A stretch of DNA of 60,940 nt, filler included, from Sphacelaria rigidula (taxonomy: Eukaryota): the NCBI GenBank assembly GCA_964200075.2. It is 8 parts of 8 records of this genome, joined end to end, with 100 filler letters (N's around TTAATTAATTAA, not from the genome) between each part and the next. Parts side by side here need not be neighbours in the genome. Positions count along the whole stretch, not along the records: positions 1 to 7,531 come from CAXNAA020014479.1; positions 7,632 to 15,162 come from CAXNAA020014480.1; 6 more parts are not named here. One strand, written 5' to 3'. Positions 1 through 12,200 of the stretch are shown piece after piece. How positions within the stretch are numbered: the first letter of the stretch is position 1; the number at the start of each line of letters is the position of its first letter. The position numbers and the translations under genes are program-made. The notes beneath the pieces are model-generated. The model did no database searches. It was not told the DNA's origin and saw nothing but the letters and a program-made list of their open reading frames with translations.

Positions 1-734
1 CGAGTCAACTTATTATACTAAAACCAAGTGATTTCCTGACGAATCATTATTTGTCCTAACCGTGAATCATTGCAAACCCGAAGTTGAGCAGTCAAATCGC
101 GTTTTCGAGTCGACAGCCCGTTCTTGTGTGAAAATGGGTGAAGGGATAACAGTAGGGGCTTTGCACATATCCTATGTACATCGTCGCAGAATTTCATAGT
201 GAACGCCTCAAAATTGACCAGCGCAACCGTGTTTTCCCGTCAAAAAACGGTTGACTTGCTTTTGGAATACAACCTGAGCCGGAACTTTGATGTATACTAC
301 CAGCTTCCTTCACCCACTGCCCACCGATTCGGAAGCGACGACCAGACGCCTTGGCGCGCTGAAGGCCTCGTCTGCGCGCCATCTTAGACACTGCGCGCCT
401 ACAGTACGACATGCACTGTTGTACCACCGCAACTTGTGCAGCACCACTACTTACGGCCACGGCACAAGTGACTGTGACCGAAAATTCGAATTCAGCCGTT
501 TTTTTGTTTTCTAATTCCGCCGCACATGTCACCCTCAACGCTCTACACGTCGCGTTTGACTACCGTTTTAGGGTTCGTTTGATGGGAACTTGTCGGATCG
601 CAGTGCTACGTGGATCGAAAAACGCGTGTCTGGTTTGCAGACTACCACGATGTGTCATAGCAGGCACAACTCGCGATACATCGCCAGTTGAAAATGGGCC
701 GAAGGAAAGTGGGCTTCTGGGGCGGCCCAGCGTG

Positions 735-870
735 TAAAACAAAATAAATATATTAGCTCCTTCGTCGGCCTTCCTATCGTGTGGCCCTGGCTGATGTTCC
801 CACATATACCGTAAGGTGTAGACTGGCGTCCAGGGTAGATGGGACAAAACACGCACACACAGACACATTC
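735..870 (-). repeat. Interspersed SINE-like repeat; other copies at ~54950-55165 (+) and ~60853-60940 (-)
   Basis: The reverse complement matches 54950-55075 (ctacacc...catatgtggg..caccagccggggtcacac..ggaggagg). 60853-60940 is the reverse complement of 55022-55110. Confidence 0.7.
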
Positions 871-1324
871 AGAGCAGGGTACTTGTCCAGCCTGCATTTT
901 TGTTTTTCTAGGGGAGGAGGGGGGGGGGGCGGGGGTAGCAAAAAGCGTGACGGGGAGCAGAAACTTGTCGTGATGGGGAGTACACTTCATTACCCTTCTT
1001 GAGCTCTCGCCCTTTTTTTGTTTTGAGAATGTTCGTTTCCATCCGACCGAAACAAATCCAAAAAGAAGAAAACGTGATACTTTTCGGAGGTCACCCACCC
1101 ACTTGGTGGATGAAGAATTGTCCCGCGAGTTTAAGGTTCCGAAATGACTCTAACCTAAACCAAATCAGTGTTATTATACTGCTCCGATGACACCAAAAAA
1201 CCTAGTATTTTCCGCTCAGATGTACGAGAAAAAAAAGAAGCGATTGGCGTCACGGTCGACGATGAAAAGGGACTGCTGGACCCCCCTCGTATTAACAAAT
1301 GGATCAAGCACCGCAGAAGAAAGG

Positions 1325-1460
1325 TGGAGTAACCCTAACCCCAATCCAAATCCCAACCCAAGGCATACCGGAAACCCTCGGGCAAGGAGGGTGCAAAAGG
1401 TGCCCTTGGCGAAGTGTGCGTTGCTAGACCTTGAATCGGCGCTGATTTAAGTTTTGAAAG
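1325..1460 (+). repeat. Interspersed repeat carrying degenerate telomere-like CCCTAA units; second copy ~43430-43600 (-)
   Basis: aaccctaaccccaatccaaatcccaacccaaggcatacc...cgggcaaggagggtgca...gtgcgttgc matches the reverse complement of 43500-43590. Confidence 0.6.
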
Positions 1461-2856
1461 GACAAACGCTCTGCGCACGCTCAGATTTTCGAAGGAAAGA
1501 TGCAGAGGGAAGAGCGAGGACCCCAGCCAGGCATCAGGCTGAAGTCTATTTCCCCCCGTGGTTGAATGTGCGACGCGTGTACGCAACGACTTTGGCTTCG
1601 CCTCGTACGTTTTGGCCATGACTTGATTTCGAGGAATATCAACTCTCTGTGCGACAATCCATCAGTGGATCGATCGTACCGTGTGATTTTTCCTCAGGAT
1701 ATTCGCCATGTAATGAACACCTTCCAACAACCAACAGCTTGAAATGGGCATGATTTTACGCGAGAGTAATTCCGGGTTCTTATACTATGGAGAAGGAGGT
1801 GTATATATATATCTCTCTTGTGTTGGTTATTTTCCAGGGCGAAGAATGCAGTGAGTGCCATCTATGCTGCATCAATACGACGTGCCAACAACGCTTTTCT
1901 TTCCTTCGTCGTTCTCATGATCGCCATCAGTCGCCGGTCGAAAAAGGGGATCAGCTTTTCCCTCGAAACAACTCGCTCACTTTCAAGTGGCACGACCTGT
2001 TGTTATGAGGTTGCCGCTGCTACAGTGCGGAGCATTTCCGTCTAATGCTCCCCCTTGCCCTTCCCTCCTCTCGCCCCCCTCCCGTACTCTCTACAAAACA
2101 CGATAAAAGCATCATGTTGGATCTTGGCTAGACGAAATGTTATATGGCACTGGCTGGTGCATGAACACCACAGCAGTCTTGCGCGTATTTTGGTTTTGTA
2201 AGTATTTTTTATAGTATACTAGTAGAAATATTGCCGACTCGACAAATGACCTACTCCTGGCGGCCAAACGGTCAAGAGTTTTACTTGGAGAGGTTGTTGT
2301 CATCATCCGAAAACGTGAGAACGAGAGATGGACAAAGAAGAGGAAATAAAAGTCGACGGGCTGCGGAGCGCTGATGAACTTATGATCTAATGCCCTATAA
2401 GAAATAAGTCATGATCCAATGCTGGGCAGCCGGGAAGGGATAGATCGACCATTGGAGAATACGAAGATGAGGGAGGGTGTGTGTGTTTTTGAAAATATCG
2501 CCCAAGAATGATATGAAAAAAAAAACTGTGGGCGATGAATGAGGTCCATCTTACCCAGGGCAGATGGCGTGTAGATTATCGCTTCTCACTCGGAGTAGGA
2601 TGTGCTGCGGGTGTGGGAACACGACGTGGGCTTGAATTTGGTAAGCCTCGCAGATAAAGGCTATGAGACAGGAAATGAACTGATGAACTGAAGGCGGTGG
2701 GTGTCAACGCCCAGAGTGAAAATTATGGCCATGGCCCGGCCTGAGGATTGGAGGATGACAGTTAAGGAGCTGACATGGCCGGGATGACGGACCGGGTTGA
2801 TGGACCCGGGTCATGAGTAAGCAGGTCGGGTCGATAGAGGTGGGATTGTAATCATA

Positions 2857-3372
2857 CTTCCTCTGTCCCAGAAGTAAAGGTACCTAAATTTGTACGGGCC
2901 CTCCATCTTGTCCTATCTTTTTTTTTTCTCATGAGCTCTACGGGTTTTTTGGGATCAAGAAAATATGTTGAAAAATTGCAGCTCGTGCTTGAACCATGCC
3001 GCCGAACGGCTGCAAAAAAAGTAGTCGGCCCCAAAATGGCCGTTTTTTGCCCCTTTCCGAGGGGACAAAAAGTGTCGTTTTTTTTAATTTTTTTATCGCC
3101 CCCGCCTTCACTGGGTTTGCTGCCAGGAAGTCCAACGCGATTAAAAAAAAAATATATATATAGAGAGTAAAAAACGGCCATTTTTGGGCCGACCACTTTT
3201 TTTGCAGCCGTTCGGCGGCATGGTTCAAGCACGAGCTCCAAATTTTGAACACATTTTCCTAACCCAAAAAACACCGTAGACTTCATTTAAAAAAAGAAGA
3301 AAAGCGATTGGGCTCGGACATCGTCAAGGGCCCGTACAAATTTAGGTACCTTTGCTTATGGGACAGAGGAAG
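2857..3372. mobile_element. Stowaway-like (Tc1/mariner) fold-back MITE
   Basis: Long TIR CTTCCTCTGTCCCA(G/T)AAG(T/C)AAAGGTACCTAAATTTGTACGGGCCC at both ends, TA on the left and TG on the right. The interior (~2930-3285) is also an inverted repeat. The same terminus starts again at 15011. Confidence 0.85.
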
Positions 3373-4269
3373 TGCAATGTTATCGGAATGTAGCACAAGA
3401 ATAAAACCGCCGGGCGGTGTGCCGTACACCCTTATCCACACCGACGGTATGTAAGGTCGTGCGAACGCAAAGAAAGAGAACAAAAGCACGTCGTGGAGCT
3501 CTCCCCGAAATGTGCACCTTTTGACAGTTTGGCGGGTTTTCCACCCGACCTGAACCCCGCGCCCGACGGATTTGATTTGACTGCTCCTTTACACTCACGT
3601 TTCACCCGCTTGCTACACATGAGCCCAATCCCTGCGGTAAAGCGTTCCACGGGGGGGGGGAGAAGGGGTCGGGCATTCAAACGAATCACCTCTGGGAGGG
3701 AAAATGAAGAGCTAGTTTGTCACTACTGTGGGAACGCAACGCCCGTCGTGTGGTTGAAATCAAGCAATCCTGTTGTCGCCGTATAATGCCATTATCTGTA
3801 ACTACTCTAGTACACAGCGCTCCTCATAGTACGCGAATTTCCCAAGTCACCCCCAGTTTGTGTGGCGTGTGTCACCACGAGCGGACACACCTCCGAATGT
3901 ACGCACGATCCTCCCTTTGATTTTTTTTTTTTCCATTTACTCACAGGGCAGGTATCGAAACATTAGATTGATTGGTTGGTTAATTTGTTGATTTATTGAT
4001 CGAGTGGATCGAGTGGATCGAGTTGACTCCATTTGATATAATTTGATGGGCACGTCCTTGCGCCCCAAGTGAATGTACAAAAAATACTTGCTGTGCTGAA
4101 GGATATTTCTGCATGATTTGGTGTGTACGGCACCAGTTAATACCTTACCTTGTGCACCCTTCGAATGGTTTCAAGTGCAACACCAACATACAAACGGTAC
4201 ATACTGACGAACCAGTCCGTGCGCCCAGAAGTCAAAATATTTCCCCTGCGCCATACCGTAGCATATACT

Positions 4270-4530
4270 TCCGAACGAAGTGCTGGTTCGAATCGCCACA
4301 AGCACGGTTTCTGAGCCCTGATTGCTCGGAAGAGGGGGGAAAAGCTGACCGCGGGTCACAAACGTCGAACGTCTGTTCGCGCGCAAATTCTGCGCTATTC
4401 CACGTACCCCGGGTGCGTGTACCTGAGTTGCAACCCTGAGAACAAAGCCCAAGGATGACTCGTACGGTCGATTACACTGGACTAAGAATGAGGTAAGCTT
4501 CAGATGAATAATTTTTCGTCTGACCTCTTG
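4270..4530 (+). mobile_element. hAT-like MITE family H, diverged copy (a 3'-end fragment also lies at 1-64)
   Basis: Co-linear with 48182-48430, 48813-49076 and 52382-52643 (ggttcgaatc...cctgattgctcg...ttccacgt...aacaaagcccaaggat). Confidence 0.75.
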
Positions 4531-4652
4531 ACAAGAAAAATCATGGTTTGGCCACTCATCTATATGCTTCAGATCATGTCCCATACCTTCTGAGCCCTCC
4601 CTCCCCCACCCTCCTACCTCTACCTCCATCCCCTCCTTCGGCGGAAATGCAG

Positions 4653-4860
4653 CGTGTATGGCATGCAATACCGGGAGAAAAGCATCGCGAAATCTCTGTC
4701 TAAGCTTAGCTTGGCGGACATGGAGGGCATGGCTTCGCAGGCCAAGTACGCGGAGGAGGCCGCCGCCGAGGAGGAGGTCGTCGTCACGTGGCCCCTCATC
4801 AGTGCCGTGCTCGTGGCCGTCGTGCTGCAGTACCTCGTGGGGTATAACATCGGTGTAATG
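4653..4860 (+). CDS. Exon of a GLUT/SLC2-like MFS sugar transporter (N-terminal region and TM1)
   Basis: Encodes VYGMQYREKSIAKSLSKLSLADMEG...VTWPLISAVLVAVVLQYLVGYNIGVM; QYLVGYNIGVM matches the GLUT TM1 motif (FQFGYNTGVIN). High GC3, pyrimidine tract plus CAG at 4650-4652, donor GTGAGT at 4861. Confidence 0.8.
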
Positions 4861-4889
4861 GTGAGTTGGGTCTTCTGGTCTTGCGGCAG

Positions 4890-5138
4890 CGAAATAATGA
4901 TGCGTCCGGAAATTACTTGATTTTAGTGTAATCGATTCGTACCGTACGAATCAGTCCTTGGGCTTCGTTTTCAGTGTTGCAAACCAGGTACGCGCAGCCC
5001 AGGCACGTGGAATGGCGCAAAAATTGCTTGGAGACCTTTTTGACCAGCGGTCAGTTTGTTCTCATCTTTTTCGAGCAACCAGGCCTGAAAAATCGTGGAT
5101 TTGGTGATTCGAACCGGTGATTATTAGTCCGAACCGTG
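4890..5138 (-). mobile_element. hAT-like MITE family H, inverted copy
   Basis: Reverse complement of the family H consensus; ends in ...tagtccgaaccgtg (TIR). Confidence 0.8.
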
Positions 5139-6739
5139 ACTGTACTGTACTGCGTGGCACTTTTTTGCTCTGGTGTGGCTTCGTGTGCTGAGGGCGTGTC
5201 TTCGCAACCCCCTCCCCACCCAATCAAAAACGATTGAGCAAAAAAATGTGCGGCGAATAAGAATGCCCGAATGTCATGCTGTCGTCATATCAACACAGAT
5301 GACGGGAACAAAAATATATGTAAAGTAATGGCCGGCCTCTGCCACCTGTCTTCGGTGGAAACGGTCTTGCGTAGAACCACGCTCATACCCCAGCGTAGGA
5401 AACAACAGGCCTCGGAAACGATTGCCGCCCGGAGATCTCCTGAAATCGGTATGACTTGTACGAGTAGCGGCCGTTGATTTCCGGCGGAGTTTGGTGGTCT
5501 CGCCCGGTTGTTCGAAAGAAGAAGAAAAAAGTCCCTTGAAGACATTGAAAATATTGGCGGTCGTTGGTATCTAGCGGAGACGCCGAAGTATCTTTGAGTT
5601 GGGCAGTTTCACCTGGTGGTATGTAGACATGAACAATACGTTCGAGTTGTAGCGGCGGCTGAATTTCGGCGGAGAAAATCCGAGCGTTTATCCGAGTCTG
5701 GTTGCGTTCTGTTTCCTGCACTAGTTCCGTGTTTGATGCCAAGTGTCGGGGAGACGTGCGTTTTTTTCGCGTTGCTTTTAGTGACTTTTCGCGGAAGAGA
5801 AATTTCCTTCCTCTCTGCTGGTATTTCTTTTTGTTCTTCTATGTTTTTTTTCACCATGTCTACCGGTATCCGGTGCTACTTGCTGTCGAAAAAGCGAACT
5901 GTGGTGTAGGCAAGAAGGATGTGACTCTCTTGTGTACACGCACGTCGCAATCCCCAATTAGGCTGATCAACAATTTGAGTGTCTGTCCGACATACTTCTT
6001 TAGGTCACGCGGTAGGTATGGGTGCCTATGTTATTGATCAGACAGGAAGCTGATCTCACTCGTATTCACCGAATTGTAAGCGGCGATTAATGTACAAGAA
6101 TGTCCCAGCTCACAAAAGCGGGCAAGGTAGGCGAGGGCACAGCCTAGCTAGGCCGAGCCTCTATCTACAATCGAGGCGATGCCGCTTCTCCGGGCTTAGG
6201 AACATCTGTCTGATCTGTCTGCTAATCTGACCCGAGATGTTAAGATCTCGGTGACTGTTCTTCCACTGATAACCTTTCATCTGCACCAACGACGTGATCT
6301 ACGGGTCTGGGAAGGAGTTGAAACGACCGCCTCTCCACCGCATGATGGAATTGTCTGCTGGGGGGATGTGCTGTTTCGGGTCTGTTGGAGTGATGCGAAG
6401 CTTGCGTTAACAGGCCTCCAAAACAGCACCAGACGGCGGGAAAGTGATGTGTCATGTTTATGCTTTCCAATTTGATTTGGGTGTCGGGTTTTTTACTTGG
6501 AAGGAGGACCCTCGCCGCCGCTCTCGAGTACTCGGATGCCTCTAGACAAAACAAGGGAAGTCATTCTCACTGTGCGTGTCACGCTCCTTACTTCACACAA
6601 ACAGACAAGAGTGCCGTCGACATGGACATGTGCAGTGACGGTCGTCTTGACTCGCCCCCAAAACTACATAATCCTCAGAGCTACATGATCACTGCATACC
6701 ATTTTCCCGATGGAATACTGCGCTGTTTCCTACACTGCA

Positions 6740-7020
6740 GACTCTGCTACAACTAGGCTCGACGAAGGAGTCTTCGCCGGACACCCGACGCACTACGAAC
6801 TGTCGACGTTTTCGGCAAACGCATATACCGAGGCGTGATATCGCGCGTTCTCGCACCACTTACCCCGAATTTCACCTACGGTGTACCGCGCGCAATCCAG
6901 GAATCCCTTACGCGCACAGGCAGATCGGCCGTGGCAATGTTCTTCCACGCGCATTCTAATAACGCACCACTAACGCGTTTCCTCTCCCACCCTCCAAGGT
7001 CACCAGAGGGTGGGTAGATT
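6740..7020 (+). mobile_element. Probable retroelement/repeat 3' fragment
   Basis: Reads ...VFGKRIYRGVISRVLAPLTPNFTYGVPRAIQESLTRTG..AVAMFFHAHSNNAP..SHPPRSPEGG*, which I recall as a repeated brown-algal element-derived peptide. Not verified. Confidence 0.3.
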
Positions 7021-7229
7021 GGTGTTCGACACGAGGCATGAGAGGGTGGATGAAACCACCCCTGGCTGTGAGCTGCTCGCTCGCGCACAGCACAGCTGGG
7101 AGCTGAAAAGGGGGGGGAGTCATTCCTCAGCTACGGAAAAACCCAGATTTTGCCCACTTCGTCTCGACAGACATGCACTTACTGTAGTCTCCACTGCACT
7201 GGTGTACTACTGGAAGATTTACGCCGCAG

Positions 7230-7490
7230 TTGCCGGTCGCCCCGGTGGCTCAGTTCTTAACCTCGAAACCTCCTGACGGTTGGGTCGTGGGTTCCAATCT
7301 CGGAGCCATCTGGGATTTTTTCTCACACCATGCCCAATAGTGGAGAGCGACGATGTCGTGGGTACAGTGGTGGACCCGATTTTATGCCGGGTAGTGTCCC
7401 TCGCAAAAAAACGGCATAAAATTGATTTTATGCCGGTTCGGCATAAGATCGGACAAGCGCACAACGGACATTTTTACGCTGCGTAACACC
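7230..7490 (+). mobile_element. tRNA-derived SINE (degenerate)
   Basis: A-box-like GGTGGCTCAGT (~7243) and B-box-like GGGTTCCAATCTC (~7289), followed by a non-tRNA body; no intact cloverleaf. Confidence 0.5.
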
Positions 7491-7531
7491 CGTCGACATG
7501 GAATCCGTGTCGTTTCTGGAAACATTTGGGT

Positions 7532-7631
7532 NNNNNNNNNNNNNNNNNNNNNNNNNNNNNNNNNNNNNNNNNNNNTTAATTAATTAANNNNNNNNNNNNN
7601 NNNNNNNNNNNNNNNNNNNNNNNNNNNNNNN
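7532..7631. other. Artificial contig linker (also at 15163-15262, 22793-22892, 30423-30522, 38053-38152, 45683-45782, 53312-53411)
   Basis: Identical N44-TTAATTAATTAA-N44 spacer (stops in all six frames) every ~7630 nt. The flanked segments are 7531, 7531, 7530, 7530, 7530, 7530, 7529 and 7529 nt, i.e. length-sorted contigs. Confidence 0.98.
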
Positions 7632-7915
7632 CCCTCTTCCCTCGTGTCGGATTGGTGGGCGTGTGCATGTGGGGTGGATGAATGGGCGTCGCATTGCAGC
7701 CCCCCCCCCCCCCCCCCGGGGGGAACCAGTCGCAGTCATTATCCATAACATAGACGTACCCGAGACAAAACAAGACTGAAACACTCACTCGCTGAAGAAA
7801 AATATGAAGAAAACAGAAAAGGTAAAACAGAACAACATAATAGACGGAGAGCAAACAAACAAAACAAGGACAACAGAAGAAAAGAGAAGGAAAAAAAGAG
7901 AAGGAAAACGCTCAC

Positions 7916-8061
7916 CATAGTGTAATCGTCCAGGACGCTGGATATCGCCTCCGTTAAGCGAGCCAATCTGGGCAGGGTACCTCGCTCGCCATCTCCGCCC
8001 CCTTTCCGTCGCGAGTCATCACCCTCGGTTGGAGGCTGTAATCGCGCGGTCGGTTGTAATT
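7916..8061 (-). CDS. GPN3: GPN3 exon 7
   Basis: (E)LQPTARLQ...[28 protein letters not shown]; matches the conserved KLTxAIxxLIDDYSMV segment; phase-1 acceptor. Confidence 0.82.
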
Positions 8062-9206
8062 CTGATGAAGTGGTAACATCGGGTTGAAAACGCAGCGAGC
8101 CATGGGCGCTTACTCGTCAGCGATGGATCAGGAAATGACAAATGAAGTCGGAAGCACGAACGATAGCAAATCATACCGACCCTGTCAACCAGGACGGATC
8201 AGACTAGTATTCTGGAACCAATCAGCTGTGCCACATCTGGCTACATCATCACCAGAATGAAAAGGCACGCACCTAAGCAGATTGGCTTTGTGTTCCGATA
8301 GCTTGGCCCGTTGACATGAAGCCTGGCACACGAAAGCGTTGTATACGTACAAGTTTTCCTCCGGAATATAGACAGGTTCAGGGTGAAGGCCGAAAATTCA
8401 TTCCCTACCGAATAAAAAACCCAATCGTGGTCCAATTCACACGAATTTGGAATCGTAGTGACCGCCTCGAGCATGGGGAGAGCGTGACATTCCGAGTTTA
8501 TTTTTTAAAATTGCCGTGGCGGGTTCGTGTGGGATCAAGTTATACCCCATAACGTGGTATTCGGTGATGTGGGGTGTTCGCTTCGTCGGATTTTCACTGG
8601 AAAAGTGGATCCAAGACCCAGAAAGCCTCCTCACGTTTTCCCTTGTAACTTCCGTACAAGGGCTTCGATCATCCTTAAACTTGGCACTTTGGTAGATAAT
8701 GGGTGTTGCAAGTGGTGAAAAAACTCGTTGAAGAATATCTCATCGTTTATCCCCTCTCCAACGATCCCTGGGGGTCCCAGCGTGAAGACCCCCCAAAAGC
8801 CGGTTCATATTGCTTCAAAATAAAAAATAAAAACGAACTTGACTCGTCCCGAGGTAGTTCAAGGAACGTTTGTACAGATTTGCGTTGCATAACTCGGAAA
8901 TCCGTTCCCACACGCTCGATTTAAGCTCAAGCGCACAAGGAAAACATTGAAAGTATACTATAATCAAGTAATTGAGCGGTTCCGCGTACACATGTACACT
9001 TCAACGCACAAACAGGCGATTGTTCGCGCCGTTTTTTATAGCTAGACCCTGAAATTTTTGCACACGGGCACTCTTGAGATATTCAGATGGGCTGTATGAA
9101 TGGGTCTTTCGATTTTTGCTGTTTTTCGCCAGATATCCGGGGTCCTAGGAGGCGGGTTCTGCCTTGGAGGTAGCATCTCTTGTATGGTCCAGTATATAGG
9201 AAAATC

Positions 9207-9271
<65 letters not shown>

Positions 9272-12200
9272 GTGTGTATCGAAACCCGTCGGGAGGTACT
9301 CACAGGATTGCGTCCATGAATTTTCGTCCCAAACATCGATAATCTCGTGTAGTTCCGGCGCTTCAAGTTTAAGCGCAAAAGGAAAACGTCAGTAGCATAC
9401 TAAAATCAAGTAATCAGGCGGGTTCCGCGTACATCTGTATACTTCAAGGCACAAACGGCCAATTTCTCACGCCATTTCTGGAGTCAGGCCATGAAATTTG
9501 GCACGCGGGTGCTCCGAGATAATTAAGAGGGCTGTATTAATGGGCTGTCTGGTTGGTCTTTTTCCGCCAGATATCCGGGTTCCCAGGAGGGGAGGGGGGC
9601 GTTCTCATGTGTTGCTTGCTTTAGTCGTCTGACCATTGACCACGCATCCCTTTCGAGACGGAGCAGGAGGGGGGGTGCTGATCCAAAAAATGGCATGAGC
9701 AATCGCCGAGGAGTAAATTCCGGTCGTTTACCCTGAACCAGCCTGCGCGATTCGTGTGAGCTCGCGCTGATAATTCTCCAGCCGCACAGCCCCGACGGTC
9801 TAAATTAAAATGGTCCAACTGACGCCATTAGAGTGGAAAGGACGCGGGTTTGATTCCTGCCAGATGCGTTGGGTTTGTTCTTCAAAGTAACTGATTTCCG
9901 TCGTTGGAAGCTTGAGGGCATGAAGAGGAAAAGCAGCGTCTTCGACTGAGTTTGTTTGACAAAGGTCGACGCGGTGCGGGAGTGCTGATGGCCATGATCC
10001 AATCCGCGAGACCAAAATGCAAGGCGTGTACCGGGGGAGAGATGGGTTGATCCCTTGAGACCACGACTTCGAACCGAAGGGGGGGAAGAATCGAAAGTGT
10101 TGGAAAAAAAACGTTTGTTTTTTCTTCTTTTTTTTTGAATAAAAAAATATCCCAATCTCGAAATCGGTCAAGTACGCTCGACATATATCAGTACAGTACT
10201 GTGAAAAATAGCAGCGGATCGTGGAGCATCATTCGAGATGTTGACACACCGCCGGACAACTGCAGTTGAGAAGATCTCACCGAATAGACCCCGTGGTCCT
10301 CTCCCGCTTCGATCCTCTTCTTCTTCCCCCGTCGCCTCTGCTTCCTCAAGCTGTTGATCAAGCTGTTGAGCATCACCCTCATAACTTTCGCCCTCTCGTC
10401 GCTCTCTGCTGTCAAATGGTGCCGTTCCAGCGTGAATATCCTGCTCTCCTTGCGGGTAGTGCATAGACAGGAGGGCGGCGTTGTCCGTGTCTAGAAATCG
10501 CTCCACCTGTACGAACCCGGAAAAAACAACACGGAACAAACGCACGAAGGGTTGGTTCACTCAATTATGCGGACATTCGTCCTCACGTGACCGGTCGGGG
10601 AAAGTCTCAGAGAGTGAGCGGGTATATCGTGTCTCGGTCGTTCCTGGCGGCTTTGCTTCGATGGCACATGTGTACACGATGGTCATGGTCCACTCTTACG
10701 CCCTGCAAGTTGTGCACACGTGGGGATGACAGGCGGGGGAGACGCTTCCCGAGGAGCCAGCGAAATGAAAAATGAGATGAGATACATCATTGAGTACGCG
10801 TCACACACGACAGTATATACGAGGAATACGCATACCGAGGGAGACTTTGTCGGTATGTCACAAACCAACCGCAGAATGTACGCACAGTACTGATGAGCTT
10901 TGACAAGGGAACAGAAAAATCAATTACTGCTAGCAATAAAAGTAAGCAAGCGAGCACATGAAACGCAAGCCGACTGGACGCAGTACCTCCAACAAGCTAC
11001 GGCAGTACGTCTATATGCCTCGCTCTGGTGCAAATTGGTGTGTCAACACACGATGCTTGGTACGATAGTATAAAGTCTGCAAATACTTCCGTTTGAAGCT
11101 GTATTTGGTGCCCAAGATTCAACCATTGATGGTTATCAGGAAACCTTGCTTGCCCAGAAAAAAGACACGACCATCCATGTACAGCCGCAAGACCTTCTCG
11201 TAGTTTATCCACTATACCTCAGCCCGATCCGCCAAATCGCACTTGGTGAGCACGTTGAGGTGCGGCAGCTCCAGCTGAACCATGGCGCTCAGACTCAGAA
11301 GGGCTCCGCTGACGAACTTCGCAGGGTCTGTGATGAAGGTCGCATCCAGTAGGAACACAGCGCACACGTTGTAGCTCCAGGACTTGATGCACCGGAGGGG
11401 TTTGTTTCACACAGCCATACAAACGCAAATACAGAGGCACATCTTCTCAATAGGGAATGAGAGGCAAACGGTTTCATTTCGCGTCGAGTCTAATTCACAG
11501 CCGTATTTGCTTGGGTTCAAGGGGACGTATTTCTGCGAGCCGCAGGTGGTTTCCAACAGCCGCAAAGGTTACAGTTGGCCAATATTCCCGGCGCGAATGT
11601 ACTCCACGGGCCATCAGGTACAGCTAGCTACAATACCTACTCAGTCGATGCGAATCGTGCTGTCCCTCACCTTCAGCTGGCCCAGCACATTGCGCATCAC
11701 TGGCACATGACTATACAACTCCACCTGATGAAGAAGAATATAACGATCCCACAGCGAAGGGTATGGACAAATTGAGGGGGACGTTGATGGCGGGAACGGG
11801 GGAAGAAGACCAGCGTGATACGCCAACTACACGTGCGACTTCGAGCACCATTGCACACGCAAAGGTGACGGAAAAACCGCGACGCGTTTGACTCAACTCG
11901 CTGACCGTGTGCTTGCTCACCAAGCGGTGCAATCGGCATGAGGTGAAGATGACTGATGGTTCTACTACATTTCGACCCATGAACTCCAGCACGCCTGCAA
12001 CTTTTCATACCGCTCGTGTGACCAATGCACCAATAGGCATAATATGCATGAGACAAGGGTTAAGAATGTTGCGAAATATTTTGGGGGTGGACTTTGACGT
12101 GCCTGCGACTACCTACACGACCCGTTTGGCCTACGTACTTCGTGTCCAGTTGTGTAGCGGCGACACTACTCCGCGCACTCACCTGGCCAGGGCAGTCGAA

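Noticed and set aside
1325..1360. True telomere
   Set aside because: Short, degenerate and internal to an interspersed repeat.
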